Assembly (NCBI GenBank): GCA_032718475.1
Contig: JAUCBJ010008530.1
Location: 1 to 40,039 of the forward strand
DNA: 40,039 nucleotides
Source of the DNA: Nemertoderma westbladi
Taxonomy: Eukaryota; Animalia; Xenacoelomorpha
Reading direction: 5' to 3'
The translations under genes were made by a program, and so were the position numbers. The notes under the pieces are model-generated. The model saw only the letters and a program-made list of their open reading frames with translations, did no database searches and was not told the DNA's origin. This document shows, piece by piece, positions 10,601-23,864 of this stretch (position 1 is the stretch's first letter; each line of letters starts with the position of its first letter).

Positions 10601-12243
10601 TTGAGCTATACAGTAGGCCCTATAACATAGTTTGAGCTATACAGTAGGCCCAATAACATAGATTGAGCTATACAGTAGGCCCTATAACATAGATTGAGCT
10701 ATACAGTAGGCCCTATAACATAGTTTGAGCTATACAGTAGGCCCTATAACATAGTTTGAGCTATACAGTAGGCCCTATAATATAGATTGAGCTATACAGT
10801 AGGCCCTATAACATAGTTTGAGCTATACAGTAGGCCCTATAACATAGTTTGAGCTATACAGTAGGCCCTATAACATATTTTGAGCTATACAGTAGGCCCT
10901 ATAACATAGTTTGAGCTATACAGTAGGCCCAATAACATAGATTGAGCTATACAGTAGGCCCTATAACATAGATTGAGCTATACAGTAGGCCCTATAACAT
11001 AGTTTGAGCTATACAGTAGGCCCTATAACATAGTTTGAGCTATACAGTAGGCCCTATAACATATTTTGAGCTATACAGTAGGCCCTATAACATAGTTTGA
11101 GCTATACAGTAGGCCCAATAACATAGATTGAGCTATACAGTAGGCCCTATAACATAGATTGAGCTATACAGTAGGCCCTATAACATAGTTTGAGCTATAC
11201 AGTAGGCCATATAACATAGAGTGAGCTATACAGTAGGCCCTATAACATAGTTTGAGCTATACAGTAGGCCCTATAACATAGATTGAGATATACAGTAGGC
11301 CCTATAACATAGATTGAGCTATACAGTAGGCCCTATAACATCGTCGGAGATGCGACTTCGCGCATATATTGAGTTATACAGTAGGCCATATAACATAGAT
11401 TGAGCTATACAGTAGGCCATATAACATATATTGAGCTATACAATAGGCCCTATAACATAAATTGAGCTATACAGTAGGCCCTATAACATAGATTGAGCAA
11501 TACAGTAGGCCCTATAACATAGATTGAGCTATACAGTAGGCCCGATAACATCGTCGGAGATGCGACTTTGCGCATAGATTGAGCTATACAGTAGGCCCTA
11601 TAACATAGATTGAGCAATACAGTAGGCCCGATAACATAGATTTAGCTATACAGTAGGCCCTATAACATCGTCGGAGATGCGACTTTGCGCATAGATTGAG
11701 CTATTCAGTAGGCCCTATAACATAGATTGAGCTATACAGTAGGCCCTATAACATAGATTGAGCTATACAGTAGGCCCTATAACATAGATTGAGCTAAACA
11801 GTAGGCCCTATAACATAGATTGAGCTAAACAGTAGGCCCTATAACATAGATTGAGCTAAACAGTAGGCCCTATAACATAGATTGAGCTATACAGTAGGCC
11901 CTATAACATAGATTGAGCTATACAGTAGGCCCTATAACATAGATTGAGCTATACAGTAGGCCCTATAACATAGATTGAGCTATACAGTAGGCCCTATAAC
12001 ATAGTTTGAGCTATACAGTAGGCCCTATAACATAGATTGAGCTAAACAGTAGGCCCTATAACATAGATTGATCTATACAGTAGGCCCTATAACATAGATT
12101 GAGCTATACAGTAGGCCCTATAACATAGATTGATCTATACAGTAGGCCCTATAACATAGATTGAGCTATACAGTAGGCCCTATAACATAGATTGAGCTAT
12201 ACAGTAGGCCCTATAACATAGATTGAGCTATACAGTAGGCCCT
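7684..12243. repeat. 31-bp satellite CATAGWTTGAGCTATACAGTAGGCCCTATAA (~135-140 copies) punctuated by a 24-bp insert
   Basis: Directly visible tandem array. The insert CATCGTCGGAGATGCGACTTYGCG occurs 12 times, plus a partial copy at the left end. Confidence 0.97.
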
Positions 12244-13489
12244 ACAGTACAACAACGTCGCTTTAAAATGAACTTTACTTATGACCTTCCTAACAATAAT
12301 AAACTTACCTGCTAGTATTATAACTGACAACATATTTGTAGTAAACCGCCTAGTACCGTTTTGTAAATAATTAATATTGACAGTATTAGTAACAGTAAAC
12401 GATAAATGTATAACTAATAGGCCTATTGTATATTTCACCTCTGAAATAAAGCCAAATGTAAGACATTATCAGATATTTATACAGTTGTTCGAAATAATTT
12501 TAAAATGTAATTATAGAAAGAGAAAATAATTGACAAATAATAAGTCATTAAAAAGAAATCATTGAACTAGAATTAGATACTATGTAGGGCCTTTTAATGA
12601 ACGAGTAAGCTTTCTGTACGTAATTAAATTATTACACAAGATACAACATTGTATACAGCATATAATATGATCCTTAAATAACTACCCTACTCTACTTGTC
12701 ACATGGTAAACGCAATCAGAATTAAGCGGAAGTTAGCCTGTTGAGTTGGGAGAGTTTCTAATTATTGCCAAAATAGTTTCCGCCTACACCACCAATAAAA
12801 AAACACATGGTGCGCAACATTGATCGGACATCATTACAACCTATTCAATGAATATCAAACTTTTATAATAACTGGTTCAGCGAATAATCCTATCTCCTAC
12901 TGTATCAAACAGTATTTATTTTAATGAGTCAGTAGTTAACAGGGTGTACAGTAAATAGTGTGTTCAGTACCTTATTCAGGTGAGGTAGCCATGTTCTTTA
13001 ATCAAACCCATTAGCAGTAGTAGTGGCAATGCTACGTAGACCATGGCACCATCACAACAGTACAAATGTGTATAGAGTGGTATAGCAATGGCGATATCGA
13101 TAGATTAATTATTATCATGTTACAATACTGTAGTTCCTATACACCAAACGACAGTATGTAAATCTATTGCCCAGCATAACATACTGTAGGAGTGCCCCTT
13201 CTCACAGGACTTTAGATCATTAGATCACTTCAGAATAATCTAATAAATTTAGCGGAGTTTAGGTATTTGGATTTATCAATATCTTTGCTGTGCTTTTGGA
13301 ACGATACAACTGCTTTTAGACTCAAACTGTTTAATCCAACGCTATTATCTTTACTTCGAAGTGCCTAGCTACCTATGCGCCCATCTAACACAATCCTAAA
13401 CCCAGTGTCTTGCCACAGTCCCCTCACAGGGTTGTTAATTGTACCAATTTTTCCCAGGTGAGGTATCCATAGTGACTGCGACGAATGCC

Positions 13490-13972
13490 ACTACTACTAT
13501 TAGGATCGACATGCTGCATTGCAGCTGCATTTGTGCATTATATAGATATTACATATATATTAAGAATGCTGTGCCGGCTTGCGACAAAATTGCGCCGCCA
13601 AAACTCCCTATCACCCCTGACATTTGCTAGATCATCCGCATCTTCAAAGCCAGTGTCCTTTAAGAGGCGTCTCAAGAAAGTCATGGGCTGTCCACCATGC
13701 TTATTAACTCCATGAGGCTGCCAAAGCACAAGATTATGCACTGGCTGGTCCTCACGGCGAAAGCAATGTCCTGCAAAGCGGTGGCGGCTTGGTAAGTGTC
13801 AAGCTTGGGGGAACCAATGAGACACCTCCAATGTTATATAGTGTCTGGTTGGAGATGTGTGCATTGTACTTGACACAGTGAACCCGGCGTAGCGTTCTTG
13901 TGAATGTGCCATCCAGAGATTGGGTGTCCCCAGCAGTTAGAGCCCAGCATGAACTCCCATAGAGGAGTACTG
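13490..13972 (-). mobile_element. 3' end of an RTE-like LINE with a (TAG)n tail
   Basis: Minus-strand translation ...RFAGHCFRREDQPVHNLVLWQPHGVNKHGGQPMTFLRRLLKDTG...DREFWRR is typical of the RTE C-terminus. It ends GTCGATCCTAATAGTAGTAGT, and three other copies lie in the window. Confidence 0.8.
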
Positions 13973-14215
13973 ACGGTGTACTTAGTGTACAGTACTTAGT
14001 GTTATTTTAAATCTATTCTAACGTAATCAATACAGATTGGAATACAGTGCAGTACCGGTATTGCAGCTGGAAATACAACTGAATACATATATTTATCAAT
14101 GTTCCTCATCAAAATTTAATTAACTGTAGTGTAAAAAGACGCGCAAGACTCTAAGCTTTCAATTGGCATAAGCCATCCAGGACATTGCTTTCGCCGTGAG
14201 CAACAGCCAGTGCAT

Positions 14216-14325
14216 AATCTTATGCTTTGGCAGCCTCATGGAGTGAATAAGCATGGTGGACTGCCCATGACAGGATTGTTACAAATGCGGGCAGCTGCAA
14301 TGCGACATGTCGATCCTAGTAGTAT
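14216..14325 (+). mobile_element. Internally deleted copy of the same RTE-like 3' end
   Basis: ctttggcagcctcatggagtgaataagcatggtggac...gcagctgcaatgcgacatgtcgatcctagtagta matches the reverse complement of 13490-13735. Confidence 0.75.
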
Positions 14326-15499
14326 TAGATATAAGCCACGTGTGAAATGATTGAGATTAAATGTGTATTTAAATGCAGAAATGGATCTAAAATCACCCTT
14401 CATAGAATCCAATATAAGAAATTATCAGAGCACTGCGTAATGACGTCAAACAGTCGAATATGTACATAGCAGCCAATCACAGCCGATTTTAAAAATTGGC
14501 CTCCCGCGCTTACTTAAACCCGCCATTTCGACCATTTCATCGTGTTTTTACAAAATTCAGGCCCTCACTGTGTCGGGGGGGGGGGGGGGGCTTTGGGGGC
14601 ACTGCCCCCCCCCCCCCCAGACAAGACCCACTGCCCCCCCCCCCCCCAGTCTGCCAGTCATGTCTTGTTCTTTTCTCTTGTTCACAATTAATTAATAATA
14701 ATATATTTGGTAATCAATATTATTGGATTCACATACTACTTCTGCCCACTGACCTGACCTGATTCCCCACCATTCCATTTGGTCCAATTATAATGGCACT
14801 GGCACTACCAGAGCCTGTGCCGAATTACATTGTATGGTGTAGTGTTATGTCAGTATGTATTTTGTTCTATTTTGCTACTCACAGGACTCCAGGAAAGCTT
14901 GTTGGCAGACCGCATCTCTTTATAGATTATGATAGTGATTGACATGATTGAATTACACTTTACTCTAGGTCTATCAGATTGCAGCTCATATAATTACTAA
15001 ACATACACGGAAGCTCCAGGTTCTCTCATTGGCTAGCAGGGCAGGGCAGGGGTTGTTCGCTGTTGACCTATTGTCTGCTGGTTTGGGAGCCAGCTTGCAG
15101 CTAATAGTAATAGGCTAGGCGCTGATATACATAATGCTTGCGCTGGTATACAGATCTAAAATTCTGTTTTTTGTAATTTTACCCTTAACTTTTGGACATA
15201 TTCTACAAATTTTAAACTCGACAAAGATATTGATTGGCATGTCAAAATCGTAACGACAACAACTATTTGCCAAAATTGCCCCACCTCCTAACAGTCAGTT
15301 TGCCAAGGCTCCGCCAACTTTGTGGCTCGCCCCACACCCCTTTAAACAATATTGGTTATACTTTATTTATATACTAAATTAACTCCCACTTTGCTGTATG
15401 CCCCCCAATCCCAGTTATGGGTTTGCCCCCCCCCCCCCCCCAGATTTGGCCTCCGACCCCCCAGATAAAATGGTTACCATACCAGGCGCCACTCGATTC

Positions 15500-16727
15500 A
15501 GGGTATCTGCTTATAAAAACTATAGTTCGGCCACTTGTAGAATATTGTAAGCCTGTCTGGTCTCTACACCACATACAAAACGTAACATAGACACGATTGT
15601 GGATGTTCAACGTTATTTTACTCGTTGTCCATTTATGCGTTGTAAGTTACCCTACTCACTCATGCTATATGGACCGCCTCGAACAGCTTTCCCTACAACC
15701 TTTAGAAGTGCGTCGAATAATATTTGACCTAAAAATGGTTTACAAAATCACACACGGTTTAGTCGATCTTGACTTAGATAATTTTTTCTCTCGAGCTCCC
15801 AGAGCTGGTCTTCGTGGCAACAGTAGGAAACTTTACGTACCTACTGTAGGTGTTGCTTAGATATCAGTAAACAGTAAACATTCTTGTCATCTCGTGCAGT
15901 CAAATTATGGAAGGATCTCCCTTATCGCCTTCTTCTGTAGGGGGCCGTCCAAGTATGACGTCTGCACTTTTCTCCAAAATGTTGACCCCCTCCCTCCCCT
16001 AAATCAGATGTCATCAGATAGGCGTTGACACCCCCCCTCCCCTAAATCAGATTAAAAAAAAATGTTCGCGTGCTAATCACTGAAACATGGTGACTGGTAA
16101 CTGAAACAGAAGGTTGTGCTACGGGCCTTCTGGGGCTTCGAACAATTAAAATAGGCAAGCTAATTACTCTTCTGCTATATCTCTTCTAGCACCTATAAAT
16201 GAACATGCTGACGTCAGATTTTGGCTGACCCCCCTCCCCTCCCCTCATCAGCACGTCATCAGATTTTCCCAACCCCCCTCCCCACCCGAAAGTGCTGACG
16301 TCATACTTGGACGGCCCCTAGTTGATTATTGTAACCTGAATATATTTTCACGCAATAAGTTGCTGGCGATCGACTTTTTGAAGCACTGTAATTTTACACG
16401 CTCCCCTGGTGCCTGGCAATCCATTATTTTTAGCACAACAGTGACAAACATATTTTTATTTTTGTCCTTTTATTTAGTTTTTCTACTCCTTTTCCTTTTT
16501 TAAGTATAAACCGTGTACCATGTGTTTTTATTAGTAATAGTAATATTATCGCAATTTGTAAAGTGTTCTTTACTGTATGTTCTCTTATCGTATTCAAACT
16601 CCCGTAAAGTGCCTTGAGCCTGGACAGTTTCTCTCCCTCGACCTTTTGTGTATTCTTTGTTCTGTATGTATGTTTTATGTATTTTTACTTATTTTAAAAT
16701 CGAGTTTTAAATAAATAAATAAATAAA
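15500..16727 (+). mobile_element. Degenerate 3' end of a CR1-group LINE with an (AATA)n tail, interrupted by a MITE
   Basis: Translations KTIVRPLVEYCKPVW and YMDRLEQLSLQPLEVRRIIFDLKMVYKITHGLVDL...LRGNSRKL match CR1/L2 ORF2 C-terminal motifs. It ends aataaataaataaataaa at about 16727. Confidence 0.75.
15941..16318. mobile_element. PIF/Harbinger-type MITE, 378 bp
   Basis: Terminal inverted repeats (TIRs) GGGGCCGTCCAAGTATGACGTC / GACGTCATACTTGGACGGCCCC, with a 3-bp TSD TAG at 15938-15940 and 16319-16321. Internal CCCCCTCCC repeats are present. Confidence 0.85.
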
Positions 16728-17026
16728 CCCCTTAGGGCGCTTAGGCTATTCAATTGTTTCTAGCTCAACAATTTTTTCGTGCACCAACCCTATTAGGCAT
16801 ACCGCTTCAGTGTAGCTAGAGTCAGATAAGGTAGCACTTACACAGTGTAGTTGTACTGTAGTAACGCTGACCGTTCAGCCGTTACAGGGACCGGTACTGC
16901 AGTACGAGTACTGCATACTGTAGTCGTAGCCTACCATCAGACCGTGCTCAAATCAGCAAATCAAATCAATAATTCCAAAGTCTAAAAGTTCAATTAAAAT
17001 AAGTCGTAAAGAAAGCAGTAAAGTCA

Positions 17027-17251
17027 ATGGAGCCTGTGAAAGAACTATATGAATCACTAAAACCAGTGTTCGAGAATGCCGCACCCAAACTGTTCGAGGT
17101 TTGGGAAGAGCTGGGAGTCCATGGTGAAGACCTTTCGGACCGACTGACCACAGTCTGTGACCACGTTACGGCTCTTCTCACCCAGATGGTGAAGGAAGAA
17201 ACTGACCTTAAAACACGGATACTCGACTCTATCGAATCGTGTGGCAACCAG
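17027..17251 (+). CDS. PRC1: Protein regulator of cytokinesis 1 (MAP65/ASE1 family), exon 1
   Basis: ATG at 17027. KLFEVWEELGV...DRLTTVCDHVTALLTQMVKEETDLKTRILDSIE matches the PRC1 N-terminal dimerisation region. Donor CAG|gttatt, 225 bp, phase 0. Confidence 0.85.
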
Positions 17252-18139
17252 GTTATTACAGTATTATTATTATTAGTACACGAACACATCATTCCTCATA
17301 GGCCTATATTTTATTGAGGTGAGGCTGTGAGGTATCACGTATCAGGCAATCAGGGTATATTTGAGTTTTAGAGTTTTATTGTAGTGGTGTTTTATCCACC
17401 ATAAACGTACGTTATTAAACAGTAATGAACAATGAACCATTTGGGTTATTACAGTACAGCAGTACCGGTACCGGTATAGTACTTCATACTTGTTATTGTT
17501 AGTTTATTTTTTATGCCTTATTGCTGTATTGTCTTGTATTTACCGGTCTGCCGACTGCCGGTAGTATTGCATTATTTGCATTTGTGTTTAGTCCTTCCTA
17601 TTGGCAATGGCACTCATGAGTCATGGCATGGCATGTGTACCGGTATATTTTATATTTTTTTATTCTAATAACTTAGGCCTAGAGTTTTCAATATTGAGGG
17701 AGAAAATCACTATGGTTACACGTACTGGCGTAGGCCTAACACTAATACAGCACCGATAATACGTAGGCCTAATAGGTACATAAGATTATATATTGAGGTA
17801 GAACACAATGCACAATGCTATTTTAGCTCGTTTGCTTCACCTCAATAAACTATCTTGCACTCCAATTGGCGAATTAATGTTAAAAATGTTAAATTATCAA
17901 TTTAGGGAAAGGAGCAGGTTACAGTGGCACGTTATTTTAACCAAAACAATAAACTAAACACAATAGAACAGGTTACAGTTTTATTTTTGAGAGTAATCAG
18001 CTGTTATTTGCATCGAATTTCCCCTGATGAGGGATTAATTTTTATTGCGTCCAGTTTCCCTCCTATCTGACTGTCATATTTTCCGTATATCTACTCCTCC
18101 TGTATGTATTTAATTTCTTTCACCATTCATATTCCTACT

Positions 18140-18525
18140 CTATCAGAATATCCGGGGATAGCGATGCTCCTGCGTTACTTTGCTACGTTTCCTGTTTCGA
18201 ATGCTACAACTGAGCGAACATTTTCGAAACTTAAGCTTTTGAAATCTTACTTGCGTGCCACAATGACACAACCCCGACTAACTGGTCTGACTTTACTGTC
18301 ACATAGATATTAAACTCACACCAGATGAGATAATTAATGAATAAGCTGGTCGCCAAGCCCCTCGATTATTGATAATTTAATAATTAAAATTCGCTGTAAT
18401 TGTTTAATTGTTAACTATTACTCTTTGAAAATAACTAATTGGATTAAACAATAATAAAAAAATATTGCCACAAAAATTGGTAACATAAAAATTAAATACC
18501 GGTAGGGAGCTGGATCCGCGCTTGC
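18140..18525 (+). mobile_element. hAT transposon 3' remnant (C-terminal dimerisation domain and terminal repeat) in PRC1 intron 1
   Basis: YPGIAMLLRYFATFPVSNATTERTFSKLKLLKSYLRATMTQPRLTGLTLL matches the hATC ER.FS motif. A putative end ctggatccgcgcttg lies at about 18509-18523. Confidence 0.8.
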
Positions 18526-19373
18526 GTACAAACGTATTCAATTCATATGAACTGAACTATGGAATTCGAATTCCCACTTGAACGAACACTCATTCTTCAA
18601 CTTGTCGGATTATGCAACAAAACTTCAGATACAGTACTCTTTTGCTCTTACAGTATCACTTATCGAGGTCCCTTCCCCAAGAACATAAAGTCAGTACAAA
18701 CTGCAAAGTAACTGTAATTTGCTAATGATCTCTATCAATCTGTACTGCAAATGAGAGTGCAGTATTTAGAATGATGGAATGGAATTGGCTGTGATTGGCT
18801 GGTTTGTACATCAACCATCTAGACTGATAAACAAGAAATTGAGGGAGTGCAATAATGCAAGAAGCAAGATGAGCTAAAATCGCATTCTGCTATATTCCTC
18901 AATATCTAATCGTATGTGTAATAGGTAATATGTAATAGATGACACAAGGAGACAAGATACAATAAATCTAATAGATAGAACCTATCTACTGATAGAAACC
19001 AGAATATCGTAAAAAGTGAATCTAAAAATAGTGAAGCTAAAAATGTGTGTTTATTATCATAACAGGTACAAATCTGGACATTTGTAGTCCGTCACGGATT
19101 GTAGTCCGTCACAATAAGTAACTGTAGTTTGTTTGTCCGTTGTTTTTATAATTTTTTTTTATCGAGTGTTATTGTTTACATAATTATAACTTATTTACCA
19201 ACGCGCCCTTATTGTCATTATCTGTTTACTTTGTGCCTTTTTTTTATTATGTGTATTTAGTTTTGTTTTACAGCCGCCAGTGTTGTTTGTAACCCTGTTG
19301 TTTTCTCCTCGGAACTCGACCATATGTTACTGGTATCGAGTGATAATAATAATAATAATAATTAAATTTACAG

Positions 19374-19944
19374 GTGAACCAGTTAACCAGTGAACTCGGA
19401 GTGGACCCGTTTCAGCCAGAGGAACACATCCCACTGATAGCTCTAGAGGATTCATTACGCAATATGTGTAACTCATTGATCCAAGAACGGCATCGACGAC
19501 TAAAGATGCTGAAATCCTTGAAGGAAGAAGAGCAGAAGTTGTGCGACCGACTGTGCGAAACGCCGTTGTATCTGCCGACAGGAGTGACCCCCAGCGAAGA
19601 ACAGCTCAAAGAAGTACAAGAGAACGTAGGGAAACTCGAGAAAGTTGTGACGAAACGCCGCGCGGAGTTCCGCAGCTTACAGCAGGAGATTCTCGAGTTG
19701 TTCTCCGTGTTGGATTACGAGGTGACCACGAGTTTGGAGCACGATGTGTGGGAGTGCGATATCTTTAACTGCTCCTTGTCGTCGGATTATTTGCGACGAG
19801 TTGGAGACCTGCGGAACGAGTTGGAAACGAAACAACGGGAGTTCGAGGAGATTGCGGAAGGACTTAGGGAGAAAATAAACCGGTTGTGGGACCGACTGGA
19901 AGTGGACGATGGGTTCCGGGCCCAGTTTAATAAAGCAAATAGAG
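19374..19944 (+). CDS. PRC1: PRC1 exon 2 (rod domain)
   Basis: Acceptor tttacag| and donor G|gtgaat, 571 bp, phase 0 in and phase 1 out. Helical MAP65-like sequence, e.g. LREKINRLWDRLEV. Confidence 0.9.
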
Positions 19945-19980
19945 GTGAATTAAAAGTTCAACGTGTGTAATACTGTAATA

Positions 19981-22900
19981 GTACCGGTATGGTACCTACC
20001 GGTAGCGGTAGTGTGGTACCGGTAGTGTGGTGTACCGGTAGTGTGGTACCGGTACAGGTAGTATGGTACCGGTAGTGTGGTACCGGTACATGTAGTATGG
20101 TACCGGTAGTGTGGTACCGGTACAGGTAGTATGGTACCGGTAGTATGGTACCGGTACCGGTAGTATGGTACCGGTAGTATGGTACCGTTAGTGTGGTACC
20201 GGTAGTATGGTAGCTGTAGTATGGTACCGGTAGTGTGGTACCGGTAGTATGGTACCGGTAGTATGGTACCGGTAGTATGGTACCGTTAGTGTGGTACCGG
20301 TAGTATGGTAGCTGTAGTATGGTACCGGTAGTGTGGTACCGGTACCGGTAGTATGGTACCGGTAGTATGGTACCGGTAGTATGGTACCGGTAGTATGGTA
20401 CCGGCAGTGTGGTACCGGTAGTGTGGTACCGGTACAGGTAGTATGGTACCGGTAGTGTGGTACCGGTAGTATGGTACCGGTAGTATGGTACCGGTAGTGT
20501 GGTACCGGTAGTATGGTACCGGTAGTATGGTAGCTGTAGTATGGTACCGGTAGTGTGGTACCGGTAGTGTGGTACCGGTACAGGTAGTATGGTACCGGTA
20601 GTATGGTACCGGCAGTGTGGTACCGGTAGTGTGGTACCGGTACAGGTAGTATGGTACCGGTAGTGTGGTACCGGTAGTATGGTACCGGTAGTATGGTACC
20701 GGTAGTGTGGTACCGGTAGTATGGTACCGGTAGTATGGTAGCTGTAGTATGGTACCGGTAGTGTGGTACCGGTAGTGTGGTACCGGTACAGGTAGTATGG
20801 TACCGGTAGTATGGTACCGGTACCGGTAGTATGGTACCGGTAGTATGGTACCGGTAGTGTGGTACCGGTAGTATGGTAGCTGTAGTATGGTACCGGTACC
20901 GGTAGTATGGTACCGGTAGTATGGTACCGGTAGTGTGGTACCGGTAGTATGGTAGCTGGTAGTATGGTACCGGTAGTGTGGTACCGGTAGTGTGGTACCG
21001 GTACAGGTCGTATGGTACCGGTAGTGTGGTACCGGTAGTATGGTACCGGTAGTGTGGTACCGGTAGTATGGTACCGGTAGTATGGTCCCGGTAGTATGGT
21101 ACCGGTAGTGTGGTACCGGTAGTGTGGTACCGGTACAGGTAGTATGGTACCGGTAGTGTGGTACCGGTAGTGTGGTACCGGTAGTATGGTACCGGTAGTG
21201 TGGTACCGGTACAGGTAGTATGGTACCGGTAGTATGGTACCGGTAGTGTGGTACCGGTAGTATGGTACCGGTAGTATGGTACCGGTAGTGTGGTACCGGT
21301 AGTATGGTACCGGTACCGGTAGTATGGTACCGGTACCGGTAGTATGGTACCGGTAGTATGGTACCGGTAGTGTGGTACCGTTACAGGTAGTATCGTACCG
21401 GTAGTGTGGTACCGGTACAGGTAGTATGGTACCGGTAGTGTGGTACCGGTACAGGTAGTATGGTACCGGTAGTGTGGTACCGGTAGTGTGGTACCGGTAG
21501 TATGGTACCGGTAGTGTGGTACCGGTAGTATGGTACCGGTAGTGTGGTACCGGTAGTATGGTACCGGTAGTGTGGTACCGGTAGTGTGGTACCGGTAGTG
21601 TGGTACCGGTACAGGTAGTATGGTACCGGTAGTATGGTACCGGTAGTGTGGTACCGGTAGTATGGTACCGGTACCGGTAGTATGGTACCGGTAGTATGGT
21701 ACCGGTAGTGTGATACCGGTAGTGTGGTACCGTTACAGGTAGTATGGTACCGGTAGTGTGGTACCGGTAGTATGGTACCGGTAGTGTGGTACCGGTAGTA
21801 TGGTACCGGTACCGGTAGTATGGTACCGGTAGTGTGGTACCGGTAGTGTGGTACCGGTACAGGTAGTATGGTACCGGTAGTATGGTACCGGTAGTGTGGT
21901 ACCGGTAGTATGGTACCGGTACCGGTAGTATGGTACCGGTAGTATGGTACCGGTAGTATGGTACCGGTAGTATGGTACCGGTAGTATGGTACCGGTAGTA
22001 TGGTACCGGTAGTATTTGTACCGGTAGTGTGGTACCGGTAGCGGTAGTAAGGTACCGGTAGTGTGGTACCGGTACAGGTAGTATGGTACCGGTAGTGTGG
22101 TACCGGTACAGGTAGTATGGTACCGCGGTAGTGTGGTACCGGTACCGGTAGTATGGTACCGGTAGTGTGGTACCGGTACAGGTAGTATGGTACCGGTATC
22201 GGTAGTATGGTACCGGCAGTATGGTACCTGTACCGGTAGTATGGTACCTGTACCGGTAAGTATGGTACCGGTACAGCTAGTATGGTACCGGTAGTGAGGT
22301 ACCGGTACAGGTAGTATGGTACCGGTAGTGTGGTACCGGTAGTGTGGTACCGGTAGTGTGGTACCGGTACAGGTAGTATAGTACCGGTAGTATTGTACCA
22401 GTAGTGTGGTACCGGTACAGGTAGTATAGTACCGGTAGTATGGTACAGGTAGTATGGTACCGGTCCCGGTAGTGTGGTACCGGTACAGGTAGTATGGTAT
22501 CGGTACAGGTAGTGCGATACCGGTACAGGTAGTATGGTACCGGTAGTGTGGTACCGGTACAGGTAGTATGGTACCGGTAGTGTGGTACCGGTACAGGTAG
22601 TATGGTACCGGTACCGGTAGTGTGGTACCGGTACAGGTAGTGTGGTACCGGTAGTGTGGTACCGGTAGTGTGGTACCGGTACAGGTAGTATAGTACCGGT
22701 AGTATTGTACCAGTAGTGTGGTACCGGTACAGGTAGTATAGTACCGGTAGTATGGTACAGGTAGTATGGTACCGGTCCCGGTAGTGTGGTACCGGTACAG
22801 GTAGTATGGTATCGGTACAGGTAGTGCGATACCGGTACAGGTAGTATGGTACCGCGGTAGTGTGGTACCGGTACCGGTAGTATGGTACCGGTAGTGTGGT

Positions 22901-23411
22901 ACCGGTACAGGTAGTATGGTACCGGTATCGGTAGTATGGTACCGGCAGTATGGTACCTGTACCGGTAGTATGGTACCTGTACCGGTAAGTATGGTACCGG
23001 TACAGCTAGTATGGTACCGGTAGTGTGGTACCGGTACAGGTAGTATGGTACCGGTAGTGTGGTACCGGTAGTGTGGTACCGGTAGTGTGGTACCGGTACA
23101 GGTAGTATAGTACCGGTAGTATTGTACCAGTAGTGTGGTACCGGTACAGGTAGTATAGTACCGGTAGTATGGTACAGGTAGTATGGTACCGGTCCCGGTA
23201 GTGTGGTACCGGTACAGGTAGTATGGTATCGGTACAGGTAGTGCGATACCGGTACAGGTAGTATGGTACCGTTAGTGTGGTACCGGTACAGGTAGTATGG
23301 TACCGGTAGTGTGGTACCGGTACAGGTAGTATGGTACCGGTGCCGGTAGTATGGTGCCGGTACAGGTAGTGTGGTACCGGTAGTGTGGTACCGGTAGTAT
23401 GGTACCGGTAG
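19981..23411. repeat. 14-bp palindrome-rich satellite (GGTACCGGTAGTRT)n filling PRC1 intron 2
   Basis: Directly visible, with 20-bp variants carrying an extra ACAGGT/ACCGGT. An internal duplication has a 729-bp period (marker TACCGCGGTA at 22121 and 22850). Confidence 0.97.
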
Positions 23412-23563
23412 TTTCTCTGAGATTTTCTGCTGCTGTTTTTTAAATATCTTTATTGAAGTTTCACGTCTTTCTTTCCGATAATCTTTTTGAGTTTCGTTAA
23501 CAATAGATGCACAATAAATAAACAATAAACCCTAGACCCTTACAAGGTGCAATGATCTCACAG

Positions 23564-23829
23564 GTTGTAAGAAGGCTGTTATCGATCGCCTCCAGACTGA
23601 GTTCGATCGACTAGAGGAGCTGAAGTTGGCCAATCTCCAGCGGTTTATCGAGGCGACCAAGTCGGATCTCCACTCCCTATGGGCCGACTGTCTGTTCTCC
23701 CGGGACCAGACGGAGGAATGCGCTCCGGCTTGGTCGGAAGAAGTCAGCGAGGATCTTTTGGCCTTGTTGGAACTGGAGGTCGAGAGATTGAAGCAATATT
23801 ACGAGAGAAATAAAGACTTGATTGGACAG
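23564..23829 (+). CDS. PRC1: PRC1 exon 3
   Basis: Acceptor ctcacag| and donor CAG|gttggt, 266 bp, phase 1 in and phase 0 out. LQTEFDRLEELKLANLQRFIEA...LWADCLFS...EVERLKQYYERNKDL parallels the conserved PRC1 core. Confidence 0.92.
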
Positions 23830-23864
23830 GTTGGTTACTTTGTACTTACTACATGTACTTACTT

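Noticed and set aside
7684-12243. CRISPR-like repeat/spacer appearance
   Set aside because: The repeats are mostly directly adjacent, the inserts are near-identical rather than unique, there are no cas genes, and the context is eukaryotic.
12211-12438. Hydrophobic minus-strand ORF (VKYTIGLLVIHLSF) as the missing Kazal signal exon
   Set aside because: It has no ATG and no phase-1 GT donor to match the 6733 acceptor.
18024-18060. CTGATGA hammerhead core word
   Set aside because: No stem II followed by GAAA downstream.
21381-23525. 714-aa Thr/Tyr/Pro-rich minus-strand ORF
   Set aside because: It is a translation of the 14-bp satellite antisense to PRC1 intron 2.
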